Source: Chiloscyllium plagiosum (lineage: Eukaryota). From it: DNA of 64,000 nucleotides. The DNA lies in contig NC_057717.1 in NCBI RefSeq assembly GCF_004010195.1, positions 98,292,733 to 98,356,732 on the forward strand, given 5' to 3'. Positions within the stretch are counted from its first letter, which is position 1, and each line of letters starts with the position of its first letter. Under the pieces are notes generated by a model, which worked only from the letters and a program-made list of their open reading frames with translations, had not been told where the DNA came from and did not search any database. The translations under genes and the position numbers were made by a program. Of the stretch, positions 62,390-64,000 are shown in pieces.

Positions 62390-62710
62390 TTAGATTAGAT
62401 TTTAGATTACTTTACAGTGTGGAAACAGGCCCTTCGGCCCAACAAGTCCGCACCGACCCGCCGAAGCGCAACCCACCCAGACCCATTCCCCTACATTTAC
62501 CCCTGCACTTAACACTACGGGCAATTTAGCACGGCCAATCCACCTGACCTGCACATCTTTGGACTGTGGGAGGAAACCGGAGCACCCGGAGGAAACCCAC
62601 GCAGACACTGGGAAAACGTGCAAACTCCAGACAGTCAGTTGCCTGAGGCGGGAATTGAACCCGGGTCTCTGGCGCTGAGGCAGCAGTGCTAACCACTGTG
62701 CCACCGTGCT
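62390..62710 (-). mobile_element. Near full-length HE1-like SINE
   Basis: tRNA head, V-domain and (TCTAA)n tail. Confidence 0.9.
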
Positions 62711-64000
62711 ATTTTAATGTAGTAATTAACCTGTTGAAAATAAGGCCATAGGAATTTTCCATGTATGTGTGAATAAGTGGCTCTGCCAGAGGAAAAGTAA
62801 CTGCACAGACTTGTTTAATCATGAATTGCAATTCATCGAGTCTTTTACTGAAGGCAAACCTTTTTTATAGAGTGCTGTGAACTCCTCTTTCTGGTGTTGA
62901 GTTGAAGTGTGCTGATGTTACGGAGCTCCTCAGATGGGTGAAACTGATATTCAACTATTTTTATTGGGGAGGAATTGCAGGACTGGACTGGTATACTGAT
63001 TGCTCCTGACTGAGGCAAATTAAGTTTAAGAGCAAAAGAAATAAGAATAGACCACTCAGTCCCTGGAGTCTTCTCACCCATTCAATACAATCGTGGTCCA
63101 TCTACCTCGCTGACTCCTTCTGCTTTGTTCTGTGATTTCTTTCATTATCCAAGAAAAGTCCCTCAGTCCTTTTATCGGATATTGAGAATCGACAGCTCTC
63201 TGGGTTAGGGAACTCCAAGGTTTGCAGCCCTTTGAATGAAGAAATTTCTGTTTCCTCTCAGTCCTAAATGACTAATCTGATCTTTTCTGGAGCCTTGAGT
63301 CTCCCCTGGAAGTGGAGTCATGGTCCCAGTGTCTATCCTATTGAGATCTTTGCAAATTTTGTTTCAACGAGTGTGTCCCTAATTCTCGCTAAGTGTGGGG
63401 AATAGAGACCTGGAGCTGTGCAATCTTCGTTCGTATGTTGTCACCATTTGAGTGAACCTTCTCAGATTTGTAAGTGGCTCGGTGCATGTGAAGGGGGAGG
63501 AGCGTTCTTATACCTCTTCACATCGCAGTGTCCTAGAGACCGGCTAATAGAGAAGGTTTGCACACTGTCATTCATAATCCTTTTTGTTTCCATTTGCGTT
63601 AGCATCAGTCTGTGGTTTGCCACATTGTTCCTTCACTGCTTCACATGTTGATTTTGCAACCCCAAGGATAAGCCAGTTTTCTGAATAGTTCCAAGGATCA
63701 TGTGCGAACCCTATGGGAAAAGTACCACTGATTCCTGTTTTCTTCCTAAACATATTGCACATCCTGACAAATAATATTTATATAACTTATGAAGTACATA
63801 TGTTGTTCGAAAATTGTAAATGCTTGCAACCTATCAATATAGTTCCCTCTGCCAACCTTCTGTACACATTTCAGCTTTTGCTTTCACAGGTCTCGCTTTC
63901 TCAGAACCTGCATTCTCTTATTTTTCTATGTCATTCCTGGAACTTCTGTTCTTGCCTTTCATTGCCAAGCTAACCTTTAATGTTGCCCTTCCAGTCTCCT

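Overview
Vertebrate nuclear DNA, very probably an elasmobranch (shark), inferred from HE1/V-SINE-type SINEs, HER1/CR1-type LINEs and Penelope-like elements; the species cannot be determined from the sequence. Four spliced genes can be rebuilt by hand with consistent splice phases: ZNF653 (- strand, 4 internal exons, 5054-13235, one GC-AG intron), EPOR (+ strand, exons 2-8, 17422-30761, exon 1 not found), SWSAP1 (- strand, complete 2-exon CDS, 43584-46231) and the 5' end of PRKCSH (+ strand, CpG-island promoter and first two coding exons, from 54867). These genes are neighbours in human 19p13.2 but in a different order. Most remaining sequence is transposon-derived (CR1, Tx1/L1, Penelope-like, tRNA-SINEs, Tc1/mariner MITEs, LTR-like) or tandem repeat, and almost all ORFs in the supplied track are spurious. 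The most notable non-coding signals are several minimal hammerhead-ribozyme cores in Penelope-derived repeats (two intact in PRKCSH introns, one inside a 189-bp palindrome), a ~30-bp-periodic array of 11 inverted CCAAT-like boxes ending directly on the PRKCSH start codon, and a perfect 17-bp-stem hairpin near EPOR exon 7. I found no convincing wholly new protein-coding system.
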